A stretch of 64,000 bases of DNA from Patescibacteria group bacterium (GTDB lineage Bacteria; Patescibacteriota; Minisyncoccia; Phycocordibacterales; Phycocordibacteraceae): NCBI GenBank assembly GCA_018970425.1, contig JAGWWK010000002.1, forward strand, positions 72,068 to 136,067, in the 5' to 3' direction. Of the stretch, positions 30,924-39,566 are shown in pieces; the first letter of the stretch is position 1; each line of letters opens with the position of its first letter. The notes below the pieces were generated by a model. It searched no databases and was not told where the DNA came from. It worked only from the letters and a program-made list of their open reading frames with translations. The position numbers and the translations under genes are program-made.

Positions 30924-31294
30924 GGGGGTGACCTGAATCGACAAAGAAATTACTTTCTTCTGTGCAACGTGGTGAATGTTGGAGAACACCTAAAATCTCG
31001 AACAACCAACAGTGTGAAAAACACTATGACCGCATCGTGGTTTACCCGTGCGGACTTTGCTTTCGCTCACGCCTAAGCAACATCATCTACACGACTCCTG
31101 ATAGTGTAGCTCTGGTGTCATATCATCAGGATTATCTGAAAGCCTGCCCGCCTTTCAGAAACATGTAGGGCTCGGTATGCAGTTATCTTGTTTGTTTCTT
31201 ACCTGCATGCTTAAACCTCGAAATAAACTATACGTTGTAGAATCGGTTTAAAGACCTTCTTTGGACGAGGGCTCATTACCCTCCACCTCCACCA
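30924..31294 (+). ncRNA. ssrA: tmRNA
   Basis: GGGGGTGA...TCGAC 5' end, CACCTCCACCA 3' end with G3:U pair, follows smpB; tag frame 31014-31076 VKNTMTASWFTRADFAFAHA*. Confidence 0.92.
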
Positions 31295-31325
31295 ATAAAA
31301 ACTGCCGCAAGGCAGTCTTTTTATT
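31295..31325 (+). terminator. terminator after tmRNA
   Basis: ACTGCC-GCAA-GGCAGT followed by CTTTTT. Confidence 0.8.
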
Positions 31326-31510
31326 GGTGGGGTGAGCATGCAAACTGCTGAGACGTGGTTGTATCGAATCGTTTGACGAATCGAAACTAGAGGAGTATAG
31401 TCTCGAAGCTTTAAGAGCGTGCTTAATTGTGGACTAATTCGCTTGCCGCCTCTACGGCTCGCGAACACTACAACGTTCTAGGCGTAGCTAGCCGTCCACC
31501 CCTACACTCA

Positions 31511-31786
31511 ATGTCCACAGCTCAAGAGCGTGAATACCAACTCATTCATTCAGAGGCGAATGCTGGTGAAAGTCATATGATTATTGGTACAATAATCGGC
31601 ATAATTGCTCTTGGTATTGTGCTTTCACACATACCCACCGAGGAAAACATGCTGGAATTCTTGCTACATACGCCCTATGGCCGGCTTGCTACTTTTTTGG
31701 GACTGCTGGGATTCGTTTTGGGAGTTCAAGGTTTCAGGAAACATTGGACGAACAGAGGTATACAAAGCGTACTAACGCGCCGCTAA
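31511..31786 (+). CDS. small 2-TM hypothetical protein
   Basis: MSTAQERE... with two hydrophobic helices; start moved to ATG 31511. Confidence 0.6.
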   Translation: MSTAQEREYQLIHSEANAGESHMIIGTIIGIIALGIVLSHIPTEENMLEFLLHTPYGRLATFLGLLGFVLGVQGFRKHWTNRGIQSVLTRR

Positions 31787-31791
31787 CTACT

Positions 31792-32094
31792 ATGTCGCGA
31801 ATTATGAATGAGGCGCGAGCATTGCGCGATGAAAGCTACGGGATTCAAAATGTAGCGGCTTCACTCGTGAAGTATGGTGTGGCTGGCGCTGGAGCATGGT
31901 GGGTTTTAGTGCGACTTATCGACCTAGGTGACGGTGATATAGACCCAGAGCATGCTGCTGTCGCTGAGACAGGAGCTTTCATAATCGCCATATTACCTCC
32001 CGTAGCATTTTTCTTGGCATATCTTGCTTATCGTGCTTCATCTTTGGTGTACAACAATAGAGCGAGAAAGCTCCCGAAGTCTTCTGGTCACTAA
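31792..32094 (+). CDS. small 2-TM hypothetical protein
   Basis: MSRIMNEA... with two hydrophobic helices; start moved to ATG 31792. Confidence 0.6.
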   Translation: MSRIMNEARALRDESYGIQNVAASLVKYGVAGAGAWWVLVRLIDLGDGDIDPEHAAVAETGAFIIAILPPVAFFLAYLAYRASSLVYNNRARKLPKSSGH

Positions 32095-32179
32095 GCACAT
32101 ACCATACCGAGGATAGAAAATTTTAAGAAGCGATGGCGCGCTTCAAATGTGTACACTTCTGCGTACGTGCACAACTTGT

Positions 32180-32207
32180 TTGACAAAGATAGTAGTAGGA
32201 GTAAAAT
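32180..32207 (+). promoter_or_regulatory. near-consensus sigma70 promoter
   Basis: TTGACA-N16-TAAAAT. Confidence 0.75.
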
Positions 32208-32212
32208 TTGCC

Positions 32213-32356
32213 CCGACCCATCTAGAGTAGAGGGAGGTGCGTCAAGTTATGTGACGTTGCAGAAGTTTGATCTTTCTTTTGCAGGGACTGCAAGGTAAAG
32301 ATCAGGTTTTTGCACCTCCTACCGACTCCCCATGGGCCATTATTCGGCCTTTTTTT
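32213..32356 (+). ncRNA. structured leader RNA, candidate riboswitch/attenuator
   Basis: nested helices (CCCAT/ATGGG, GGAGGTGC/GCACCTCC, CGTCA/TGACG, long TGATCTTT/AAAGATCA hairpin) then GGCC-N7-GGCC-T7. Confidence 0.6.
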
Positions 32357-32361
32357 CATTT

Positions 32362-33888
32362 ATGCAGCACGTACGCGTAGCCTCACCGGCTCAAGAACGT
32401 ATGTCCCATGACCTTTCTTCCCTCTTCGAGGCTGTGTATGCTGAGCGGCCGATACTGCGCACACTTATCGCCCAGCACGGTACGCGTACCCTTCATGAGT
32501 ACGCATCTCAGTATGTGGCTGATACTGGATACCCTGCCGCACGTCGCGACGAAATCATTGGAGTTATAGCACGAGAAACTGAGCGACTGTTCGGCACTGA
32601 ACTCTCACGCACCATTTCTGAACAACTCAACAGAGAGTACATCGTCAATACTGCAGACCACGTTGGTCCAGTGACACACTCGTGGTTTGTAAGTACAAGC
32701 GCGCTTATTGGCGCCACACTCTCTCAGGGCTCTCGCGCCATCATCACTCTTGCATGCAGTAACGTGTCTCTTAACAACACCTCGTTCCCGCGAGGTGTTC
32801 TCTTTCACACTCAGAAAGGTTCTGAGATACGCGAACAGCGACTTTCGTTCCTTCCCAGCGACTCGCACGCCGCATCCGTGTACGGGTTTCGAGCATACAC
32901 ACGCGATGAAATACACAAGATACACAAGCTGCTCCGCGAGAAAGTACGCGCGCGTGACGTACCACAATCAGTTGCAGACAAGCTCGTGACACTCATAGAT
33001 ACCGTCTACGGCACCGAGTCGGCACTCTCGCAGGCATCATTCGCTGACCAAGTATCCACGACTAATCGCACACTGTGGCAGCACATGTTCTCGAACGAAC
33101 AGGTACCCGAGCTCGTGTACCTTGAGCAAGAGCGGATCGTGATCGACGCACTCACACGATTCCACCTCACAGGCAGGTCAGTGGTATCAAAGATTCTTTT
33201 TAACCCAGAGTACACGGCACTCGCAGCATCACACTTTGATGGAGTCCCGAGCGCGTACGTACTTTCTGAAAAAAAAGGCACCTTCCTTTTCTGGGGAGCA
33301 TCAAAAGATACTAGTTACCGCGTATCACTGTGGTACAAAGATGGCGCCCTCGAGTCATCTGACGGTACGGTGCGCATACCACTTACTCCTGAGTCGATCA
33401 CGCGTGCACTCAATGATAAGCGTATTGTCCCGTCACTCTTACTTACATTTATCCTGCTTTCGTTCCATTACGGACTAAACTGTCTCGGAGGCTTCAATCA
33501 AATACACTATGTAACTGCAATGAAGGCAGCATACCTGTCCTTCCTTTCAGCGCGCGGCGAGACCGACGAATACACCCTCGCCACACGTGCAGTCACGGAT
33601 AACACCAACGATGTAACGCTCGGGTACGTGCGCGATGGAGCCGCGCTTATTCCTGCCGACGGGCTCGACTTCTACCTGTACGGCACAGGCACTGCATGGG
33701 CGCACCTGGTATCTGACGTGCACACACTTACATTACGAGATGCATTTTTCCCCGGCATGCCAGCGTTCTACCGATGCACACGACCAGCATCGCAACTTAA
33801 CCCAACACTCAGCACTATCACACCTGCACATATTACCGAGTACTTTGGCGTCGATAAGAAATTGACTCCGACCGTATCACTCTCATAA
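32362..33888 (+). CDS. hypothetical enzyme, possibly remote BshC-like Rossmann fold
   Basis: about 508-aa ORF; IVNTADHVGP and CLGGFNQIHY motifs; function inferred only. Confidence 0.7.
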   Translation: MQHVRVASPAQERMSHDLSSLFEAVYAERPILRTLIAQHGTRTLHEYASQYVADTGYPAARRDEIIGVIARETERLFGTELSRTISEQLNREYIVNTADHVGPVTHSWFVSTSALIGATLSQGSRAIITLACSNVSLNNTSFPRGVLFHTQKGSEIREQRLSFLPSDSHAASVYGFRAYTRDEIHKIHKLLREKVRARDVPQSVADKLVTLIDTVYGTESALSQASFADQVSTTNRTLWQHMFSNEQVPELVYLEQERIVIDALTRFHLTGRSVVSKILFNPEYTALAASHFDGVPSAYVLSEKKGTFLFWGASKDTSYRVSLWYKDGALESSDGTVRIPLTPESITRALNDKRIVPSLLLTFILLSFHYGLNCLGGFNQIHYVTAMKAAYLSFLSARGETDEYTLATRAVTDNTNDVTLGYVRDGAALIPADGLDFYLYGTGTAWAHLVSDVHTLTLRDAFFPGMPAFYRCTRPASQLNPTLSTITPAHITEYFGVDKKLTPTVSLS

Positions 33889-33892
33889 GACC

Positions 33893-34894
33893 ATGCGCTC
33901 ATCACGAAATTTTGGTCCAAAACGCGTTATTGTGCACGACGCACATATTCGAGAAAATGCTCAGAAGATTGCTGCGTACCTTGCTCAGCACAACTGCACA
34001 ATGGCGATCTCGACAAAATCGCTTCCTCTTGAGCAGGGGTTACTCTCTATCTTTACGGAGAAGTACCCAGCGTACGATCTCCGTGCTGATAACCTAGCTG
34101 TACTCACTCAAGCTGGCCATCCCACTATTTCAAATCTCCACCTGCGAGGAGAGTCACACAGCATCATGCTGACAGATGACGATGACATAGCGTATGCACC
34201 TACCGGAGTGCAGGGCTACTACCTATTCTTTGATTTTGGCGACCGGCGCGAAGGATTTGTGCCTGAAGACGTTACACGTGTTGCAGACGCACTTCGTGGA
34301 CGCGGGATCACATCAGTAGTACTTGCAAGCAACATTGGCTGCCTCTCAGACGTACCCCCAACTGACGAGTACTTTGCAGACTTCCTTACGCTCCGGGATG
34401 CATTCAGTGCACGCGGCATAACAGTAACAAAGTTTTCAGTCGGGGGATCGAACTGCATCCCACTCATCCACACGTTTGCGAGCCCTGTACCTACCGAAAT
34501 ACGCGCTGGTGAAGCGATACTGTTTGGTACGTATGCAAATGTAGATTCTGACCTACTCGCACTGAACAAAGAAAATCTGTTCCTTGAGGCATGGACACTT
34601 CGAACACTCGGGCAAGATGAAATCATGTTCGACTTTGGATACACCCATGCTGAACAGCACGAACTCCTGCCTTCTGCCTGCAAGATCGTGCGCCAGTCAG
34701 CAAACCACAGCGCACTCGCGCTTCCCGCAGCAACGGCACCTGAAAGGATTTTACTCCCCCTCCACTATCGAGGCCTTACGAAGCTTAGTCAGCAGCGCAA
34801 CGTGGCATTTGTGCGCACGTCTCAGTCTGAGTGCAACGCTCAGAGCACCGCACGATCCGCTACTCAGTTACCCGTTCAACAAGCTGCCACGTAA
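33893..34894 (+). CDS. PLP-dependent fold-III racemase-like protein (ornithine racemase/YhfX type)
   Basis: AISTKS (PLP Lys), DFGDRREG, SVGGSN, EIRAGEAILFG. Confidence 0.8.
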   Translation: MRSSRNFGPKRVIVHDAHIRENAQKIAAYLAQHNCTMAISTKSLPLEQGLLSIFTEKYPAYDLRADNLAVLTQAGHPTISNLHLRGESHSIMLTDDDDIAYAPTGVQGYYLFFDFGDRREGFVPEDVTRVADALRGRGITSVVLASNIGCLSDVPPTDEYFADFLTLRDAFSARGITVTKFSVGGSNCIPLIHTFASPVPTEIRAGEAILFGTYANVDSDLLALNKENLFLEAWTLRTLGQDEIMFDFGYTHAEQHELLPSACKIVRQSANHSALALPAATAPERILLPLHYRGLTKLSQQRNVAFVRTSQSECNAQSTARSATQLPVQQAAT

Positions 34895-34916
34895 CGTATT
34901 GCTTCGTTAAAACACT

Positions 34917-35894
34917 ATGGTAAAAAAAGAAGGCATGAATCACGATGAATCTGAGGAGTCAGATGCTGATACGCAGAACGCCAACGCGTTGACGCATGAA
35001 ACCACCGCGCCACTGGTGAGCACGGAACGCGAAACAGAAAATACCGCGCATGCGGGCAACGCACACGAAAGTGGCTCTGAGCGTGATCCGGAGCGTCGGT
35101 ACCAGGAAAACCTTGAGACGCTCAAGAAGGTTGAGGAAGCAGACGGAATGACCGCGTACGCGAAGGAGCGAGTAACTGAAGAGTCGTTCTATGGTAACGA
35201 AGACCTCACCGTGTATTGCTCCGATGAGCGTACGGAAGGATTTGGCCCGCGCGACCTGGGTGGCCCCCTCTTTGCACTCTTTATCCTAAAGGTTGACCGC
35301 AAGCAACTCGCGGCCGCGTACTGGGCTCAGGGTGTCCGCACACTCACCTCCCACCATGAGTGCGGCGCCGCGAAGGCGGCGTACAAAGCTGCGCACCCGG
35401 GTAGCGACCCCACCTGGGATGAAGTGAACGAGTTTGCCAAGCGAGAAACAGAAATGTTTGCACGCGAGTTTGCGGAGTACCAATTTGGGTATGAGCATAT
35501 TGACGCCGCTCATATGGCAACGGACGGCCACTTCCACCCCGGAGTCTGCATCTACCTCGACGATGTTGGCGGCTTTAGTTGGCGACAGACAGACGGCATG
35601 CCTCAGGGATACAAGGTCTCGAGTACAGTCAGTAAAGACCCGGTCGCCGGAGTTGTGGCGCTTCTTGACCTCGTTGCCTTTGCTCAGGGGAATGCTGGCA
35701 CTCGGATGCAAAAAGATGGCATCTCATTTCCTATTTATATAGTTGCCGCAACTCGCGAGGCGTTCGACGCTCGCTGTGCTGAGCTCCGCACCGCCATTCA
35801 GGGCAAGCCCTACGAGGCGAGCATTGTGTTTGAGATGATTGAGAAGCCTGAGAGCGTACCAGTACGCGAACACGCGAAAGACCTACTCAAATGA
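34917..35894 (+). CDS. hypothetical protein with carbonic-anhydrase-like metal site
   Basis: CSDER ... SHHECGAA (CxDxR/HxxC); acidic low-complexity N-terminus. Confidence 0.65.
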   Translation: MVKKEGMNHDESEESDADTQNANALTHETTAPLVSTERETENTAHAGNAHESGSERDPERRYQENLETLKKVEEADGMTAYAKERVTEESFYGNEDLTVYCSDERTEGFGPRDLGGPLFALFILKVDRKQLAAAYWAQGVRTLTSHHECGAAKAAYKAAHPGSDPTWDEVNEFAKRETEMFAREFAEYQFGYEHIDAAHMATDGHFHPGVCIYLDDVGGFSWRQTDGMPQGYKVSSTVSKDPVAGVVALLDLVAFAQGNAGTRMQKDGISFPIYIVAATREAFDARCAELRTAIQGKPYEASIVFEMIEKPESVPVREHAKDLLK

Positions 35895-35923
35895 GAGACG
35901 AGGTGCTATAGTAGCGAATACCC

Positions 35924-36445
35924 GTGCCCACCCCACGCATCCTCATCAACTCGCAAATCCGCGCGCCTGAACTCAGGGTTATTGGCGCGCAGGGTGAAAA
36001 CCTCGGCGTTATATCGCTCGCAGACGCACTGAAGGCAGCTCGCGAGGCAGGACTCGACCTCATTGAGGTAAGTCCGGCCGCCGTTCCTCCGGTTGCTAAA
36101 ATCATGGATTATGGTAAATTTCAATACGAGCAGCAGAAGAAAGAGCGCGAGGCACGGGCGAAATCCCACTCCACTGAAACCAAGTCCATACAGGTGACGG
36201 TTACTGAAGGAGAGAACGACCTGACCCGCAAGGCTCGCGCTGCTGCAGAGTGGCTCCGTGAGGGCCACCGGGTGAAGGTCGAGCTCACCCTACGGGGCCG
36301 GTATAAATACATGGACCCTAAGTTTCTGAATGAACGGCTCGAACGCTTTGTAAAACTCGTTCCGGAGGACTACAAGGTCGCTGAAGCGCCGCAGCGAGGG
36401 CCCCGAGGCATCTCTACGGTCCTTGAAAAGTCCGGAAAGAAATAA
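35924..36445 (+). CDS. infC: translation initiation factor IF-3
   Basis: INSQIRA.ELRVI, LDLIEVSP...PPVAKIMDYGK. Confidence 0.97.
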   Translation: MPTPRILINSQIRAPELRVIGAQGENLGVISLADALKAAREAGLDLIEVSPAAVPPVAKIMDYGKFQYEQQKKEREARAKSHSTETKSIQVTVTEGENDLTRKARAAAEWLREGHRVKVELTLRGRYKYMDPKFLNERLERFVKLVPEDYKVAEAPQRGPRGISTVLEKSGKK

Positions 36446-36446
36446 T

Positions 36447-36632
36447 ATGAAAACCAACAAATCCTACACGAAGCGGCTCCGCGTGACGAAGCGTGGCAAG
36501 ATTATCGGACGCAAAGCCGGCCAGAACCACTTTAACGCCAAGGAGAGCTCTAAGACCAAGGGCAAGAAGGGTCGCGCATTCCACATTGAAATGACCGCGC
36601 AGGACCGAGCCCGCTTTCTTCCCCACAGCTAA
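36447..36632 (+). CDS. rpmI: 50S ribosomal protein L35
   Basis: MKTNKS..KR.RVTK.GK; infC-rpmI-rplT order. Confidence 0.93.
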   Translation: MKTNKSYTKRLRVTKRGKIIGRKAGQNHFNAKESSKTKGKKGRAFHIEMTAQDRARFLPHS

Positions 36633-36659
36633 GCTTACTAAGATTTTGACAACACCCAT

Positions 36660-37007
36660 ATGGCACGCACCAAAGGAGGACCAAAGCAGCTCAAGCGCCG
36701 AAAAAATATTCTTGCACAGACCAAGGGCTATCGCCATGGACGCAAGTCCAAGAAGCGCGCAGCGCTTGAGGCGATCAAGCACGCAGGTGCCTACGCCTTT
36801 AAGCACCGACGCGCTAAGAAGCGCGAGATGCGCGGACTCCACATCATCCGCTTGAACGCGGCGCTCCGCGAGAACGGCTTTAAGAACTACTCAACGTTCA
36901 TCGGACTCCTCAAGAAGAAGAATGTGATGCTCGACCGCAAGGTGCTCTCTGAGATTGCGATGAAACACCCCGAGTCCTTCAAGCGCTTCCTCGCTAAACT
37001 CTCCTAA
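36660..37007 (+). CDS. rplT: 50S ribosomal protein L20
   Basis: MARTKGG, KGYRHG, LDRKVLSEIA. Confidence 0.96.
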   Translation: MARTKGGPKQLKRRKNILAQTKGYRHGRKSKKRAALEAIKHAGAYAFKHRRAKKREMRGLHIIRLNAALRENGFKNYSTFIGLLKKKNVMLDRKVLSEIAMKHPESFKRFLAKLS

Positions 37008-37020
37008 TCTGAAACAATAT

Positions 37021-37050
37021 AAAACCGTCCCGCTCATCGGGACGGTTTTT
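37021..37050. terminator. bidirectional terminator
   Basis: AAAACCGTCCCG-CTCAT-CGGGACGGTTTT between convergent genes. Confidence 0.85.
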
Positions 37051-38404
37051 ATATCTCGTAGACCTCCCCTTCCCTAGGGACGTCGACTGGGGTGCCCAGG
37101 AAGCCCGTGATGCGCTGAGCTAGAAAGGTGGCCGCTTCCGTCTCGCCAAGTACCACAAATACTCTCTTTGGACCCGTCTCCTCAACATAGGCCATGAGGT
37201 CGTCTCGATCAGCATGGGCCGAGTAGCCATCTGCTATGCCGATCTTTGCTCGAACCGAAACTCGCGCTTTGTCTATCATCACTGTCTTCTGACCGTCACG
37301 CAGACGCCTCCCTAAGGAGCCGGGTACTTGGTATCCTACAAAAAGAAGGTGTGTATCGGGCGAGCCAAGGTAGATGCGCTCGTGGTGGCGTATTCTGCCC
37401 CCATGAGACATGCCCGCGCCGGCAATAATGATTTTAGGTGGCTTGACCGAATCAATCGCGGCCGACTCTTCAGTATTGATCGTAACCTTGAGAGTACGCG
37501 CGGCCAGTGGGTCCTTGCCGTCTTCTACTGCGCGTCGCAGTGTAGGAGACAGATACTTGGGGTAGCGCATATACACCTCCGATATACGCGCGGCAAGCGG
37601 TGAGTCGAGGTAGAGTGGTACGTCCGGAATAGTTCCTTGATCCGTCATTCGATCAAGGGATGCGAGGATAATTTGTGTCCGCTCAAGTGAGAAGGCAGGT
37701 ATGAGGAGGACACCTCGACGCTTCACGGTCTCACGCACCGCATCTTGAAGAACAATGTCTGCCGCCTCGGGGTCACCATGGAGGCGATTGCCGTACACCG
37801 ACTCGGTCACGAGGACATCCACGTTCGGAACGATCTCGCGCGGCGACACAATCGCGGGGGTGCGCCGCCCAAGGTCGCCTGTAAACAAGATGCGCTTCCC
37901 CTCTACTTCTACGAGGACTGTCGCGGATCCTAAAATATGCCCCGCGTCAAAAAAAGTGACCCGAGCATCGCCCACGGTGATAGGCTCGTGGTAGCGCGTG
38001 CGACGGATGAGCGCATACGCGCGCTCGAGGTCGGTACGAAGGTACGCGGGCTCGTGCCCACAGCGGTCGGCATCGTGCGCGAGGTGTGAGACCGCATCCT
38101 CAAGCATGATGGGTATGAGGTCTGCGGTCGGCTCCGTGGCATACGCCGGCCCATGGAATCCATCTCGCACCAGTTTGGGAAAAAGGCCAATGTGGTCAGC
38201 GTGCGCGTGCGTGAAAAAGATAGCATCAATATCTGCCGGATTGTACGGAAAAGGATCGGTATTGACCGGGTCACACACATCTCCTGACTGCGCAAAACCG
38301 CAGTCAATCATAATGCGCGTAGTACGCGCTCCGGTTACCGTTACGATAAAGTTTGATCCGGTGACGCGGCGGGCGCCGCGGACAAACGAGAGCGAAACTG
38401 CCAT
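37049..38404 (-). CDS. MBL-fold beta-CASP RNase (YSH1/CPSF73-like)
   Basis: THAHADH, AGHILGS, FTGDLG, ESVYG, YSAHAD. Confidence 0.93.
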   Translation of the reverse strand: MAVSLSFVRGARRVTGSNFIVTVTGARTTRIMIDCGFAQSGDVCDPVNTDPFPYNPADIDAIFFTHAHADHIGLFPKLVRDGFHGPAYATEPTADLIPIMLEDAVSHLAHDADRCGHEPAYLRTDLERAYALIRRTRYHEPITVGDARVTFFDAGHILGSATVLVEVEGKRILFTGDLGRRTPAIVSPREIVPNVDVLVTESVYGNRLHGDPEAADIVLQDAVRETVKRRGVLLIPAFSLERTQIILASLDRMTDQGTIPDVPLYLDSPLAARISEVYMRYPKYLSPTLRRAVEDGKDPLAARTLKVTINTEESAAIDSVKPPKIIIAGAGMSHGGRIRHHERIYLGSPDTHLLFVGYQVPGSLGRRLRDGQKTVMIDKARVSVRAKIGIADGYSAHADRDDLMAYVEETGPKRVFVVLGETEAATFLAQRITGFLGTPVDVPREGEVYEI

Positions 38405-38739
38405 ACTGCAATCATACCGTACGCGCCGGCCGCCCCAAGGGTATCCATAAATAGGTCGAGTGTCGTATCAAATACAAAACGATCCTCTATAGCCGCAAGG
38501 CCGATGGCTACCTCGAACCCCTCCCACCCAACGCCGACGGCGAGCGCTATGAGGAGCGCCGCGGGGCGAAGTCCGAGCGCCGCTACTGCAAGAACGACGA
38601 TGAGTGCACCGCCACTCGCATGCATAAGTATGTCAAACCACCAGTATGTCCAATACCAAGAGTACTGAAGCGCTGCTAAGTGCGCCAGAAGGATGGCAGT
38701 AGAGAGGAGTGTAGCCAGCGTAAGTAATGTGAGTCGCAT
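38341..38739 (-). CDS. membrane protein with D..H / WE..E / DT..D motifs
   Basis: WWFDILMH, VGWEGFE, DTTLDLFMD; 3' end overlaps next gene. Confidence 0.7.
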   Translation of the reverse strand: MRLTLLTLATLLSTAILLAHLAALQYSWYWTYWWFDILMHASGGALIVVLAVAALGLRPAALLIALAVGVGWEGFEVAIGLAAIEDRFVFDTTLDLFMDTLGAAGAYGMIAVWQFRSRLSAAPAASPDQTLS

Positions 38740-38745
38740 GTATGC

Positions 38746-38771
38746 AAAACCCCGTCAATCGCGGACGGGGG
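38746..38771 (-). terminator. terminator after 6S RNA
   Basis: CCCCGTC-CGCGATT-GACGGGG followed by TTTT on minus strand. Confidence 0.75.
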
Positions 38772-38776
38772 CTCGC

Positions 38777-38924
38777 GTGGGGTACGGCTTCGGCAATTAC
38801 CCGAGCTTGCGCTCAGGTGGGTGCCCGCAGCTCTGCGCGATTTGAACCGTGAGGCTCAGCTCTCGTAGGCGATGTAAGGCTCCCTAAGGTTTACTAACCG
38901 GATAATTGCCGGCCGAAACCCCAC
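38777..38924 (-). ncRNA. ssrS: 6S RNA
   Basis: long rod (GGCAATTATCCG/CGGGTAATTGCC) with GGGAGCC and GGGCACCCACCTG blocks typical of 6S; TG-A-TATACT promoter at 38928-38936. Confidence 0.82.
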
Positions 38925-38937
38925 CCAAGTATATCAG

Positions 38938-39534
38938 CTACTCAAGTATCCCGTCCAAATTCACATCGTACAGGATCTGCTCTTGTACCAGGCGGTAGCG
39001 AGTTACTTCATCGGGTGTGAACCATACTAAGAGCTCACGCTCGGCCTCTTCGGCCGACTCTGAACAATGCAAAATATTGCGGATTGCCCTGCCATCAACG
39101 GCGGCATGTTCATACGAGTCAATAGAGAGATCTCCGCGTATCGTACCAACATCAGAGAGCGTTGGTGCAGTATCACCAGTCAGTTTTTTAACGACAACAG
39201 GCGCCATCGCTCCCTCGACAACAAGGGCTACGATGGGACCGGAGCACATAAATGCAACATTTTGTTCAATAATCCCTTTGCCGTAATCAATCGCTGCTTT
39301 TTCAATAGGCTTGCCTGAAGCGGTGCGGTCTTCAATAATCTTATTGCCCTTTCGGAGGAACCACGCGTCATCCTTGTGGTAGTGATCAATAACCTGATCA
39401 CGGGTCGCGATGAGCATTTTCATCGCCGTGATTTTGAGCCCGGTCCGCTCAATGCGCCCAATAACTTCACCAATAAGGGAGCGCTGGACTGCGTCTGGCT
39501 TTAAGAGCACCAAGGAGCGCTGCTTCTGTAACAT
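38938..39534 (-). CDS. ndk: nucleoside-diphosphate kinase
   Basis: LKPDAVQR.LIGE, GTIRGD, NILHCS. Confidence 0.95.
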   Translation of the reverse strand: MLQKQRSLVLLKPDAVQRSLIGEVIGRIERTGLKITAMKMLIATRDQVIDHYHKDDAWFLRKGNKIIEDRTASGKPIEKAAIDYGKGIIEQNVAFMCSGPIVALVVEGAMAPVVVKKLTGDTAPTLSDVGTIRGDLSIDSYEHAAVDGRAIRNILHCSESAEEAERELLVWFTPDEVTRYRLVQEQILYDVNLDGILE

Positions 39535-39566
39535 ACCCGTACAGTACCACGCAACAAGAGTGCTGA

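Noticed and set aside
32213-32356. Assignment of the leader to THF (AGAGTAG..GCGTCAAGT), lysine (GAGGTGCG), SAM-I (ATCTAGAG) or yybP families
   Set aside because: Only short 5' words match and the required downstream conserved elements are absent. Left unassigned pending an Rfam search.
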